Under the pieces are notes generated by a model that worked only from the letters and a program-made list of their open reading frames with translations, ran no database searches and was not told where the DNA came from. A DNA stretch of 64,000 nucleotides from Tubulanus polymorphus (taxonomy: Eukaryota > Animalia > Nemertea): contig NC_134027.1 of the NCBI RefSeq assembly GCF_964204645.1, positions 21,166,560 through 21,230,559 of the forward strand, written 5' to 3'. Below are positions 42,101 to 53,718 of the stretch, in pieces. Each line of letters starts with the position of its first letter. The first letter of the stretch is position 1. A program made the position numbers and the translations under genes.

Positions 42101-45100
42101 CCATTTGTTGACACTCACCTTTAATAAACTATGTATGGACACAATCAACATAACTCCACCCTATATTTCCACTATTCAACGATCGATGCGCAGCTAAAAC
42201 ATGGCGCCGCCATTCAATACGCTAGTCACGATGTATCTCTACACACATCAAATCACACTTGAATTACAAGTGTTGACTTATGGGAAATGATCAACAAAGC
42301 AATTTGGTTGGGAAAAAAGCAGTACTATAGTTGAAAAAAGTTGATAAACAACCTCCGACTGACTAATCATTTAAAAGCTCTGCCTTCACATGGAACTATT
42401 TCTGCCTTATCACAGGTGCACTCTGCCGCCGTGATTCGCCCATTCAACGATAAAAACTTTCCTAAGGTCCTACTATTGGCATTTTCTAATAATTTAGGGA
42501 AATATTTTAAAAAGCGAAATTTCACACTATGCATTAATAAGATTAGAGTATTTATTCGTTTGACAAATCTACCTCTGAACTCCCACCAACAAGTTATAAG
42601 TGGCGACACAAAAATGATGTCATCTACTCACTACTCATCTTATAACCTTCATGACTATGTCATGACAAAGGAAGGTAAATACCGATTACGATCAAATTAA
42701 AAAGTTAGGCGATTTTATTCTGAGATATATATTCCAAACATATTTTTCTATTTCATGTACCCAGGAAGCTTTTGTATTTATCAGATAAAATCCACAAATT
42801 ATGTGAAATTTGGAAATGTTGAAGGGCCATTCTTGTCATCAGGAGGGGTTGAAAATCAATTCACCCTATGGCTAAATAACGTTTTCTCCACTTTCTTGCA
42901 GCTTGACTTTGAATGAACGAGCACAGGTAGCTGTGAAGAAGGCTGTGAAGATCAGCAAGTGTATACGTGTATACGGAATATTTTAGATTCGTTATTCACT
43001 ACAGAAATTCTGAAGACTTCGTCGTATACGGGAAAGGGAAATAACAATGTCCTTGACAAGGCAAAAATCCGATTGTTAGTGGATAGGATATAATCATTTA
43101 CTAAAATATCCTGCCAATGATGCATAGCGTAAAATGGTCAAAAGAAAGGTTCAAATTATGATTCCTTTCTGCGTATCAAATGTGAACATCTATATAAATG
43201 AAAATTAACAGATTTTTGTAGGTCCTTGGTTACATTTGAGCAAGTCGCAAGCAGGCTATTTCGTCTGCTTTTTATCAATCCACCATCCGCTTATTCATCC
43301 AACGGGATACAGTTGTTTGGGGCAGTTATAAAGATAATGATATTGTAAAGTGACCTTTTTGTAGCTGAAAAGGTCATTTTTTGTCTCAATTCCAAAACCT
43401 GTAGCTTCTTGCGCAGGGAACTTCCGTGCAAGGGTTTCAAAATTGTGGCTTGTGATATGTTCATCACGGTTTATTTCATTCACCTGGGGGTGTTGAATAT
43501 TGAAATTGTTTGATTGTCGTTGTAATAAGGAATCCTATGAGTTCGCGTTGTTTTCTTCAGTTTCTACCCCCACTACTGCAGCTCCGGGGCCTTGAACCCG
43601 TGATATTTCACAAGTTCAGAAAAACAAAAAGGTAGTTCCCCTGCCATTGACACAACAAAAAGATACCCTAACGACAAATGGGTTTGGGGGGAAAAGAAAT
43701 TTACTTTTAGAAGGGAGCGATTCGATACAAATTTAAATACAATTTGTGATGAATTGATATTTCAAGGATCAATGCTTTTTCAGAAAATTTCCAAAGATGG
43801 AGACAGGGGGTGGAATCGAAATCCTAACTGTTGTGACAGCCACAAGGAACATCCTCGAGTCAAGACACATAGGACCGGTAACAGTGGGGAGATTTTTCAG
43901 CTATAGTATCAGTGATACCTTAGGTAGCTTCCAGATAGTGTGTCAAATTGTCGTCCAGTAATTTTTTCTTAAAGAAAAGGTCTAAGTCAAATGTAGGGAT
44001 AAACTTGTTGATAATCCAGTGACGGTTGTTGAGTAAAAAATTCGGATATTCTAAGGATTCAACTGTATGTTAAGACAACTAACCACGAGTGATACTGATG
44101 ACTGACAAGTTGTGATTAGTTTTGGCCATGTCTAAAAACGCGTTGGGACTCGCTTGCCGAAATTGAAAGCAGCTATCCCAAAACGAAACTTACAGATGGA
44201 ACGGGTCTTTCTGGAGCAGGAAGGCTAACTGCAAAGCGTATTGACACCTTGCAGAATTATTATGGCTTTGCTATACGCCAGCATAAAGGTGACCTTGATG
44301 GAATGGTAAAGTCTGTTAAGGCCGTTTTGTTTCACGTTGCATCCACTGATGAGAATCCTCAGCACGATAATTGCCCTGAAGGTCCTGAATCCTGGTGTGG
44401 ATATCAACGTGATGCAGTAACTTATAAACACAAGCTTTGGCTTCCAGATACAGTTGTAGCCTTTATCAAGCCAGTCTTTGATAACCTACGTGACAAGGAA
44501 CTGCTTAAGAAGTGCATGCATGGGAAGACGCAGAACAACAATGAGTGTTTAAATAAACTAATCTGGTTACAATGTGCAATTGCAACGATCCCCCCCTAAT
44601 GTGCACATAAATGAATGACTCCAGGTACATATTGGCCATGAAATAATAAACCAACTACTTAGTCAGGTAAAACAGTGATGACCCAGTGACGATTTTGAAA
44701 CATTATATTGATTAACTACTGAAAGGTCGGCCATTGGGCATCACAACAAGGTTAGAAGAAGAAACAAATAACACATCCATTTCCAACTATAATTCTTTTG
44801 GGGATGCCATAGATGGCATCCTTGAAGGATTCAATCCGAGACTGGTATTGGAGATCGAAACACTTTGGACAGGAGGCCCAAGATCTGGAGGGCCTAGGCA
44901 GCAGTTCCTCGCCGAGATCACAGCTGAGATACAAGACAAGGCCAATGATATTTTTTCATATTTTACAGATTCTGTCATATCTGATATGCAGTGTTCTGCT
45001 GTCACAGATGCCCATTTAGAGAAATTGACTCGAAACTGCTAAAAAATACAAAAGATCACCAGGTACTGCAAATAAACTGGAATGAATAATTTATATACTA

Positions 45101-48100
45101 ACAGACTGCCAAAACCAGTACCAGGCTATCCTGTAATGTGTTCAATTTTGTATAATGGTGTAATAATAACTATCAGTGCATTTATATGAAAGATATATTT
45201 TTGTACTAGAATTGATGATGTTTGAAGATTATTCATCAGTGCATTTATATGTCTGATATATTTTTGTCAGAGTCAGTTATCACTATGATTCGAGCACGAA
45301 TGGCCAACGTAACGAAAGCGACAACTTCCGATCGTGATTCAATAGATTTCGCCCAACGGATTTTATATTTAGGAATCATAATTGCCGAATCACGTTTTGC
45401 ATGACTGACACAACGATTTTCCTATTCTGGAATCTCCACTTTTCATAAACTCAAGGAATGTGACGTAGGTAGAACAAAACGATCATGTTTAGAAGTTATT
45501 CATACGAGGGTCCATTTCCGTGGTTGAATTAAAAATATTTCCGTTGAGTACTGTACCCTTTCCTATGGTTTTTGCCAATATTTTCTAAATTTGGATTGAT
45601 CGCCAATGATTTTTCTATACAGCCCGGCCCTGCGGTATTGCATTTAATCACCTGTGAAATCCGCCATCTTTTTCCTTGGCGTTCTTGCAGACGAACGCGC
45701 TTGGATTTTTTGCCAAAAATTCATTGAATTCAAGGGGATTTAGGAAGTCTAGACTTTTCGCACTCGTAACAGTGAGTCTGTTCCATTTGGGGGCTGCCCC
45801 TTGTCTCTTTATGTTAATCTGAATAATCTATTTTAATGTAATTTATGATAAATCCATTAACTTATTGAATGCTATAATTCCGCACCCTCCTAAAGGTCAG
45901 AATCGTAGCGGGGATCAAGATTGTTCCAGGGTTAATCCTTGGGTTTGTTGCTTTGAAACAAATACAAAAATCCATCGAGGATGCACTTGAGTCAGACACT
46001 TGTAGATATTCATTTGATGCTTGCAGTGTGAGCTTATGATTGATGCGAAATCAATCGGTTCTCATACTAAATAATATGATGTCCTTGAAATTAAGTAACT
46101 ACTGTGCATGTAGTCAAAATAAATTAGTTATAACTTTCTTGTGGAGAGTATTTCGCAAACAATTTCGTTACTAAATTGTGACGATGAAGAAACTCTAGCT
46201 GCACCTCCTGAAGTAGATTTAGGAGACACCAGTAATCCAGCAGAGGCTGATATCAAATATTCAGAGTAGGATATAATTACCTTATCTTAGTGTACTAACG
46301 AAACTAAACTATGATCGATTCTACAGACTGATACAAACTTTAACCCCCCCTGGGTATCTCGATTGAAAACGAATTGAGTTAATCCTTAGGTTTTAAGTTA
46401 ATACCTGGACCCTGACGATCTAATCAAGTAGCCAATATTCAAACATGAAAGCATTATATTTCATTGTCATTGTCATGGACATTTTATTTTGTTTAGCGAA
46501 AACGTTGCTCATAATAAAGTCTCTTCTATTCAGGAATTTTTCACTTGGACCGAATGCTTGTGGGATTTCTCTCGTCATCCATCATCTTACACGGATAGTG
46601 AGTATCTTCTTGACTCATCATGTTTCCCACGGATCGAAATATCATTCCTCAATTCTTCCTCATAACCTTTCCGCATCTCATCTCTTGCTTTCGGATCCAA
46701 ACAAAAACCGTGAAAACCAAAGTGAAATTCCTTCAAGATTGCCTTCACCACGAAAAGGTAATTCCTCGATCTATGAACTGGATCAAGAAATTCGATTCGA
46801 ACTCACCCTTTCCGTCTGAAGCAAGTTCTCATCTTAAAACAGCCATCAGTAAAGCTAAAGATGATTGCGATTATCAATTCTTCCGATCTCGACAAGCTCA
46901 TAATTATCTACGATCTCAACTTCCAGACCCACATTCATTCAATTTATTCACTTTATCACTATGGACTCCAGTTAAGTGTCATTTTTCTGGTAACTCTAGA
47001 AAACTCAGCTCGAAGTTACATCTATTCCTGGTAATGATAAATTCATCTCGTTTGACGCTAACTCCCTTTTTACTAATGTTTCTCTCGCGCCTACCCTTGA
47101 TTTATGTTTACTACCCTCGTTAGATTTCAATTCTGATATTCCTTCTGATTGTATTATTGAATTATCAATTGAAATTTGCACTTAGAACTCCTTTTTTAGT
47201 CAGATAAATCTCCAAATTTGTGGCAACGTTCTGATTATCTTAGTCAGTTGACCAAGTTTGAGTTTTTCCGCACTCACACCAGACAGGGTAAAACCTCCTG
47301 TTCTAAGAAATCGAAACTTGGTCTTGCCGTGTCACCTATGATCAGAATATATATGCTGTGTTTTTAACCTTTTAGTTTGAATTATGTACCGTATTTTCCA
47401 GCCAATAAGCCGACTCGGCCAATAAGCCGAGGGCAGTTTTTTAGCCTAAAATACATGGATTTCATAAAGCTTCCCCCAATAAGCCGAGGCCCTTCATCAG
47501 AGATTTTAATTCACTGATTTGTCAATTAGTTCGTCTTAATTGACGATTTAAGAGGCTGACAGTAGCGCCCACCGATGTGTGAGAGTGCTGTGTATACTAT
47601 CATCGCCGAGTGACTGTGATATATATAGACTCACTCAGCTGATTACTATACACACAGCCATACACGCAGTACGCGGCTCACTGCTGATTTGCATATATAC
47701 TAATGTATGAACTGACACGTGGTAGTACGATGAACTCGCGCGTTATATAAATGTATACCATTGCCGCTGTGCGGTGATGGAACAATCTTAGTAAAAATAA
47801 AATAGTTCAAAATAAAATAGTTCAAAATAGATTATAATTGGTAGTTAATAATGACCTCAAATAAATATCGACCACTTTTCTTGATTTTGACGATCATTGA
47901 GAGCATTAGAGTGGCATAGATCGGGAAGTGATTTTTTATGTCAGATCGTATCCGCCCAATAAGCCGATCACGATATTTTGGATAAAAATCTGAGGCTAGA
48001 AAATTGGCTTATTGGCCGGAAAATACGGTAACAGAATAGTGTGGCACTGATACTGTATGATATTGTGTTAAGTAAGTTTTTACAGATGTATTGCAGAACA

Positions 48101-51100
48101 TGTCGTTGAATGAGATGACTTTATATATTTACAGAGTGATGATAAAACCGTATGGAAGTATACTGACGGGATCCTATCATCCGACGATAGGTAAGTCCAA
48201 CTTTAAAAACAGTGAGAAACGTGTTTTGGAGGGGGCTATCACCTTACCGATTCCGAGGAACATTACTGGAACACAAAGAATATATATTGTTACTCATCCG
48301 TGTGTATCATAATGGCCAACCGGAATACTGCTCTATCTATTCAGCTTCAACCACACATGGGTTGAATGCCGTGTTTCGTGCTTGCATCCGACTCATACAC
48401 CATATCTGCTGTCGAATTACTATGGACAAAGTTTGGCACAACAGCAAGCAAAAGATGCAACCCAATGTCAGCAGAAGCGGAAAATATCGAGACAACGGAA
48501 TAATCACGAAAAAGGCCACCTTCTAACATCTTCACCAGATAAAGATGAAAGATCCCCTGAACAGACACAGCACGTGATGTCAACGGAAACCACAGACCCT
48601 GAGACAGATGATCGGGATGAAGTTAAGGTTGCCCCTGTCTCTAAAACTTCAGAGGAAAAGAGATCGGCGAGATCAAGCATCATGTTGGCGGATCAAAACC
48701 TGAAAAAAAAACCCAATCGAAGAATGGGACAAAACCGAAAAACAAGAAAAGCCACTTAAGGTGATATATACGTTCCTCTAATCATGTAGGTAGAAATGAA
48801 ACAGAAATGCGAATACCTTAGGAAATATTAGATTTTTATCACAACTGTAATGGCTTAGCTTATCCAAACTCTCAAACTATTAGCATCTTTGAGAAGCTCA
48901 AAGACCATGACATCATTTTACTACAAGAAACTATCTTACTAATGATTAAGAAATTCAAAAAACATTTAAACCCTTAATGAAGAATTTTGAAATGATATCG
49001 AACTTTACAAATGAAAGAAAATGTGGAGTTACAATTGGCATTAAAAAATCTTTGGATAACTCTACAGAGAGACAAGGCAGACTTATATCTTTGAAAATTA
49101 TTTTGTGCGGCAAAGTTATCAATACCATTAATATCTCTGCTCCAAATAAAGAACCTGATAGGAGATTCTTCATAAAAAATATCAGTAATTATCTTCACGT
49201 CTATCCTTATGAACATACGATATTAAAATGCATAGAAAGTCCCATACATCGAGATTCAATATCAATCAATTCATCAAGTGGTTCAGAACAATTAGCCAAT
49301 TTATGTCAATAATACAGATTAGCAGAAGCCTATAGATTCAAAAGATTCAATAGATTTAAAAAGTAAGAAGCAGATTAAGAGCATGTGAAACAACTCCATT
49401 CATTCCGATCATAGGATCATCCAATTAACAATTAACACTGCAAGTGATAGACTGGCAAAGGATCCTGGCATCTCAACAAAGTAAACCCTTATTACATCAC
49501 TATGATAACAGACTTTTAGACACAATGGTAAAATCCTAAACAGTTCTATGACTAAATCATTGAATGGTGGGTCGAGGGTAAAATTCAAATTAAAAACAAT
49601 GTAAGAAAATAATTAGAATCTGAACTATCCATATACTCCAAAAACTTTCATTGAGACTGCTGCCCGATGTGGAGAGGCCTCGGGTATAATGAATGGTTCC
49701 CAGTGGTTTGCTATGGATTGCCACTTTAAGAATAAAAAAAGAATCTCAAACTGATCTTATCTTTACAGATGTTGCTCAAGTTCAGAATTGTCTAAAGGAA
49801 ACGCATCAACTAACTATTTCTCTACCCAGGGCCAGATCCAGCCTCCAGCTCAGGGCTCTTCTTTACCCATGCCACGGGCTTCTTTCCAGCAGGAACATAT
49901 CAGTAGCCCAGGACAGTCTCCGTAATGTAGAGGGGAGAAGTTTAGTAGTAATATACATTCCGCAGCATCAAGTCAAAGAGAATGACATTGGTTGATATCT
50001 TCCCCAGCATCAGCACGTGTCCCCACTACAACATACTCCAGGCCTTAATGAGGCCTCGGGTATAATGAATGGTACCCAGTGGTTTGCTATGGATTGCCAC
50101 CTTAAGAATAAAAAGAGAATCTCAAACTGATCTTATCTTTACAGATGTTGCGCAAGTTCAGAAGAGTCTGAATGAAACGTATCAACTATTTCTCTCCCCA
50201 GGGCCAGATCCAGCCTCCAGCTCAGGGCTCTTCTTAACCCATGCCACAGGCTTCTTTCCAGCAGGAACATATCAGTAGCCCAGGACAGTCTCCGTAATGT
50301 AGAGGGGAGAAGTTTAGTAGTTATATATATTCCACAGCATCAGGTCAAAGAGAAGGACATTGGTTGATATCTTCCCCAGCATCAGTACGTGTCGCCACTA
50401 CAACATATTCCAGGCCTTAATGAGGCCTCGGGTATAATGAATGGTTCCCAGTGGTTTGCTATGGATTGCCACCTTAAGAATAAAAAAAGAATCTCAAACT
50501 GATCTTATCTTTACGGATGTTGCTCAAGTTCAGAATTGTCTGAAGGAAACGTATCAACTAACTATTTCTCTCCCCAGGGCCAGATCCAGCTTCCAGCTCA
50601 GGGCTCTTCTTAACCCATGCCACAGGCTTCTTTCCAGCAGGAACATATCAGTAGCCCAGGACGGTCTCCGTAATGTAGAGGGGAGAAGTTTAGTGGTTAT
50701 ATATATTCCGCAGCATCAGGTCAAAGAGAAGGACATTGGTTGATATCTTCCCCAGCATCAGTACGTGTCGCCACTACAACATACTCCAGGCCTTAATGAG
50801 GCCTCGGGTATAATGAATGGTTCCCAGTGGTTTGCTATGGATTGCCACCTTAAGAATAAAAAAATAATCTCAAACTGATCTTATCTTTACAGATGTTGCT
50901 CAAGTTCAGAAGAGTCTGAATGAAACGTATCAACTATTTCTCTCCCCAGGGCCAGATCCAGCCTCCAGCTCAGGGCTCTTCTTAACCCATGCCACAGGCT
51001 TCTTTCCAGCAGGAACATATCAGTAGCCTGGGACAGTCTCCGTTATGTAGAGGGGAGAAGTTTAGTAGTTATATACATTCCGCAGCATCAGGTCAAAGAG

Positions 51101-52640
51101 AAGGACATTGGTTGATATCTTCCCCAGCATCAGTACGTGTCCCCACTACAACATACTCCAGGCCTTAATCAGGCCTCGGGTATAATGAATGGTTCCCAGT
51201 GGTTTGCTATGGACTGCCACCTTTAGAATAAAAAAAGAATCTCAAACTGATCTTATCTTTACAGATGTTGCGCAAGTTCAGAATTGTCTGAAGGAAACGT
51301 ATCAACTAACTATTTCTCTCCCCAGGGCCAGATCCAGCCTCCAGCTCAGGGCTCTTCTTTACCCATGCCACGGGCTTCTATCCAGCAGGAACATATCAGT
51401 AGCCCAGGACGGTCTCCGTAATGTAGAGGGGAGAAGTTTAGTAGTAATATACATTCCACAGCATCAGGTCAAAGAGAATGACATTGGTTGATATCTTCCC
51501 CAGCATCAGTACGTGTCCCCACTACAACATACTCCAGGCCTTAATCAGGCCTCGGGTATAATGAATGGTACCCAGTGGTTTGCTATGGATTGCCACCTTA
51601 AGAATAAAAAGAGAATCTCAAACTGATCCTATCTTTACAGATGTTGCTCAAGTTCAGAAGAGTCTGAATGAAACGTATCAACTATTTCTCTCCCCAGGGC
51701 CAGATCCAGCCTCCAGCTCAGGGCTCTTCTTTACCCATGCCACGGGCTTCTATCCAGCAGGAACATATCAGTAGCCCAGGACGGTCTCCGTAATGTAGAG
51801 GGGAGAAGTTTAGTAGTAATATACATTCCACAGCATCACGTCAAAGAAAAGGACATTGGTTGATATCTTCCCCAGCATCAGTGCGTGTCGCCACTACAAC
51901 TTACTCCAGGCCTTAATCAGGCCTCGGGTACAATGAATGGTTCCCAGTGGTTTGCTATGGATTGCCACCTTAAGAATAAAAAAAGAATCTCAAACTGATC
52001 TTATCTTTACAGATTTTGCTCAAGTTCAGAAGTGTCTGGAAGAAACGTATCAACTAACTATTTCTCTCCCCAGGGCCAGATCCAGCCTCCAGCTCAGGGC
52101 TCTTAACAGTGCTGTTACACACTGTGCACTCGCTGGAAGAGCTTGATATTAAGCCAGGAACGAAGCTAACGAAGATTCTATTTTTCCAATACCATTGAGC
52201 ACCCAAAAAGTGCAGTATGGTTTATACTGCAGCCACCAAGGGAGTAACATCTGTCTCCAGGGCAATTTGTTGCATAATTACGCAAATTGATAATAAGAAC
52301 AACCTAGTGTTTTAATCATGGTAATAGTGATGGATGGGTATTCCAACTTTTTTTTCCACTCCATTCTGGATCTTACATTATTTTGATATTTTCAGAGTTT
52401 TACTGTGGGCAAGAAAGAATCTTCAACCGCAGATATCCGTATAAAAATGTACATGATTTTCAGCCTCAATAATTGTTTATAACTCTTGAAATGAGCTTAC
52501 CTGCCAGTTTTCTGACAAACTTCTACGTGAACTTGATTTGTATGATAATCTCCATTTTCAGAATGACCATTCACTACAGCATCTGTTTTCATGATCGGTC
52601 CATTCTTAAATGTCTTGTCTCCTCCCCCTCCACATTCCAT
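27162..52640 (-). CDS. TRIP13: Pachytene checkpoint protein 2 homolog / TRIP13 AAA+ ATPase, 448 aa. Coding exons: 52640-52501, 36951-36786, 35885-35706, 34908-34818, 34020-33884, 33637-33551, 33466-33360, 32964-32811, 30969-30848, 29971-29902, 27254-27162
   Basis: Eleven GT-AG exons total 1347 nt in one frame: [55 protein letters not shown] (Walker A), [28 protein letters not shown] (Walker B), [49 protein letters not shown], stop TGA at 27164-27162. Confidence 0.96.
28353..28730 (-). CDS. Uncharacterised 125-aa protein with acidic N-terminus and coiled-coil-like body, intronless, nested in the last TRIP13 intron
   Basis: ATG-initiated open frame (AAAATG context); CpG-rich composition like the SLC52 and AASS exons, unlike the AT-rich flanks; amphipathic helical pattern [30 protein letters not shown]. 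Confidence 0.7.
   Translation of the reverse strand: MSRTGDDEIDEESLNELDVDSLAIDVSDQQTIYDEKEIDILTRMLELEKQFELACRQIDFLDRNLKHLEVRFDRSKEHSLVRYRESIRRRINAVMEVREMFYLYARKKAEQVIKLREDNVTTTEL
31182..32296 (-). mobile_element. Second-family Helentron/DINE-1-like element in a TRIP13 intron
   Basis: Sub-terminal inverted repeat TAGCTCCGC / GCGGAGCTA, (GGAC)n microsatellite near the right end, internal tandem repeats of roughly 140-150 bp, terminal hairpin with AACAAG. Confidence 0.75.
32430..32777 (+). mobile_element. Short palindromic Penelope-like element (family 2) with degenerate hammerhead-like cores
   Basis: Long inverted arms centred near 32595; flanked by 14-bp direct repeat CATTTCCTAGTCAC; same family as 35428-35661. 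Confidence 0.65.
33247..33340 (+). repeat. Inverted (antisense) duplicate of the acceptor and 5' half of TRIP13 coding exon 3
   Basis: TAGGGGATTGATTTGAATGAAGCGAATCTACAAATTCACGTATTTCAACTGCACGATGACGGGCCGTCTGCGGAAGAACTTGATGACGAAGATT is the near-perfect reverse complement of 35795-35888. Confidence 0.92.
35428..35661 (-). mobile_element. Short palindromic Penelope-like element (family 2), opposite orientation to 32430-32777
   Basis: Shares AACCACACTCAAACGTGGTGAA and AAAAACCCACTATGTA with the 32430 copy; degenerate core GACGATGATCTCCAGGGTGAGATCAAAAC; flanked by TGTACAGCA direct repeat. Confidence 0.6.
37413..38127 (+). repeat. Tandem duplication of a piggyBac left end plus ~205 bp of flank, with an internally deleted transposase fragment
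   Basis: 37413-37800 repeats 38126-38512; 37801-38127 repeats 38822-39148; TTAA|CCCTCTAAAGG occurs at both 37623 and 38335. Confidence 0.9.
38335..40500 (+). mobile_element. piggyBac transposon with frameshifted PGBD4-like transposase (38649-40389); right TIR not found
   Basis: TTAA|CCCT left end; acidic N-terminus; catalytic DDD motifs [15 protein letters not shown] and MGGVDLADQ spread over three frames (shifts near 39490 and 39925); C-terminal Cys-rich domain CIHC...CSVCQQNLC. Confidence 0.92.
40890..41140. repeat. Unclassified interspersed repeat; second copy at ~43650-43890
   Basis: Shared CAAAAAGATACCC..CAAATGGGTTTGGGG..AAAAGAAATTTACTTT and TTTCCAAAGATGGAGAC..GGGGTGGAATCGAAATCCTAACTGTTG..GAGTCAAGACACATAG. 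Confidence 0.75.
41332..41868 (+). mobile_element. 5' relic of a DIRS-like (tyrosine-recombinase) retrotransposon with a gag-like Zn-finger start; second shorter copy at 45585-45920
   Basis: With one frameshift in a C-run it reads [51 protein letters not shown], resembling the Cys/His N-terminus of invertebrate DIRS1 ORF1; the ~300-bp leader is repeated at 45585. Confidence 0.55.
44110..44599 (+). pseudogene. Mutator-like (MULE) transposase relic
   Basis: [63 protein letters not shown] and [22 protein letters not shown] are typical of animal Mutator-like transposases; truncated and frameshifted. Confidence 0.8.
44790..44945 (+). pseudogene. Possible G2E3-like HECT-domain fragment
   Basis: Joining two frames gives [19 protein letters not shown], resembling the F.GE.A.D.GGP.REF motif at the start of HECT domains; very short. 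Confidence 0.35.
46405..47200 (+). mobile_element. Penelope-like retroelement relic (pLTR, N-terminal domain and RT fragment)
   Basis: pLTR-like CCTGACGATC...GCGAAAACGTTG; ORF 46620 with [17 protein letters not shown] (Penelope N-terminal FL..C....IP motif); out-of-frame [15 protein letters not shown] at ~47040 matches the Penelope RT motif SFDVxSLFTNVP. Confidence 0.75.
47389..48028. mobile_element. Tc1/mariner-pogo-type MITE (640 bp)
   Basis: TA|CCGTATTTTCCAGCCAATAAGCC ... GGCTTATTGGCCGGAAAATACGG|TA; internal CCAATAAGCCGA repeats. Confidence 0.85.
48090..49640 (+). mobile_element. Decayed L1/Tx1-clade LINE: ORF1 remnant and APE endonuclease remnant
   Basis: Fragments across frames: NCNGL (~48843), HDIILLQET (~48907), [18 protein letters not shown] (~49403), GKGSWHLN and EWW..GK; many stops and frameshifts. 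Confidence 0.75.
49674..52104. repeat. Tandem array of about 6.5 units alternating 376 and 372 bp (748-bp higher-order dimer)
   Basis: ATGGTTCCCAGTGG/ATGGTACCCAGTGG recurs at 49693, 50069, 50441, 50817, 51189, 51565 and 51937; diagnostic variants alternate. Confidence 0.95.
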
Positions 52641-53334
52641 CTCTAGTCCTCGATTATGATTCATTCGTGAATAAATTTCAACTCAGTAATGCAATCCCTA
52701 AATAAAGGTTTGGAAATTACAATGATGATAGCTACAACTAAGGTTTACTCTTATTTTATTGTAACAGCCATACTCAACTATTGCATCAAGCGATATTTCT
52801 TTCCATATATATACTAGTTATCTTATAAAAAATTATTGGTAATAAGCTAATGAATCATGGCTATGTACAAATTTTGCAAAGTTATAATTCTCGAAGCCAG
52901 AAAACTATCAAATTCCATAGAGATATGCTCGAGGTAGTTTTATACTTAGATACCAGTAAGTGGAAGTGAAAAGACTGCAATGCAAAGCCATCGGTGCCAC
53001 ATAGAAGGATCAAGTGTCTCAGCTTGGGGCTTGAGTTTTTACATCTTGGCAGCAATCCATCAAGGTGACCATGTCATTAGACCCGATATTGCATGTTTTC
53101 GCTAATTGGTTGTTAATAAAAATGTAGACAATGGGTGGTACCTGAGTGGTCCCATAGTTGGTCCCTGAATCTGTGGCTTTATTGAGTTCTTAATTTGATC
53201 TTTACAAATATTTATAATAGTGTTAACATCATCGTTATCAAGGTAAAGGTAGAAAAAGGAAAAGCTCCGCCAGAAGTGATAGAAAGTAATCTTGGACATT
53301 GCTGGGATCCACCCATCCCAAGTAACAAGAAACT

Positions 53335-53718
53335 AGTGATTAGGAGTATGATTGGTAGAACACTATATCCGTGTTGACATGATGTAGAGAGAATCCCACA
53401 ATGATAGTAAAAAAGTAAAAAAGGAATTTTGATATAAGTTTATTATGGGGTGAATAACCATTGTTAAGATTTACAACGTTGTTTGAAACGTTGTTAATCG
53501 TTGTTAATTTTCCTTTAGTTTGTATCATCTCTGATTACTTGAATTAGTCTCCTCTGGATTGTATATATATATATCTCATAATTTTTGTAGTATCTCATTA
53601 TTCCTGAAGATGACTATTAGGATATAGTCGAAACGTTGAAATAAACTACTATCTCGAAGATTCATTTTCGGACTTTTTTACTATCATTGTGGGATTCTCT
53701 CTACATAGTGATTAGGAG
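53335..53718. mobile_element. Short palindromic Penelope-like element with a hammerhead-like core
   Basis: Arms ATGTAGAGAGAATCCCACAATGATAGTAAAAAAG / CTTTTTTACTATCATTGTGGGATTCTCTCTACAT; core CTGAAGA-TGACTATTAGGATATAGTC-GAAAC at ~53604; flanked by TAGTGATTAGGAG direct repeat. Confidence 0.7.

Noticed and set aside
42119-42213. Candidate TRIP13 first exon (ATGGCGGCG... with GTGAGT donor, minus strand)
   Set aside because: In-frame stop and no TRIP13 similarity; 52640-52501 has the conserved VHVEV motif and correct phase
49674-52104. Repeated 69-100 aa ORFs ([13 protein letters not shown]...) as a gene family, or the array as CRISPR
   Set aside because: Units are fully repeated with no unique spacers; ORFs are broken by the alternating 4-bp indel and a stop in one unit
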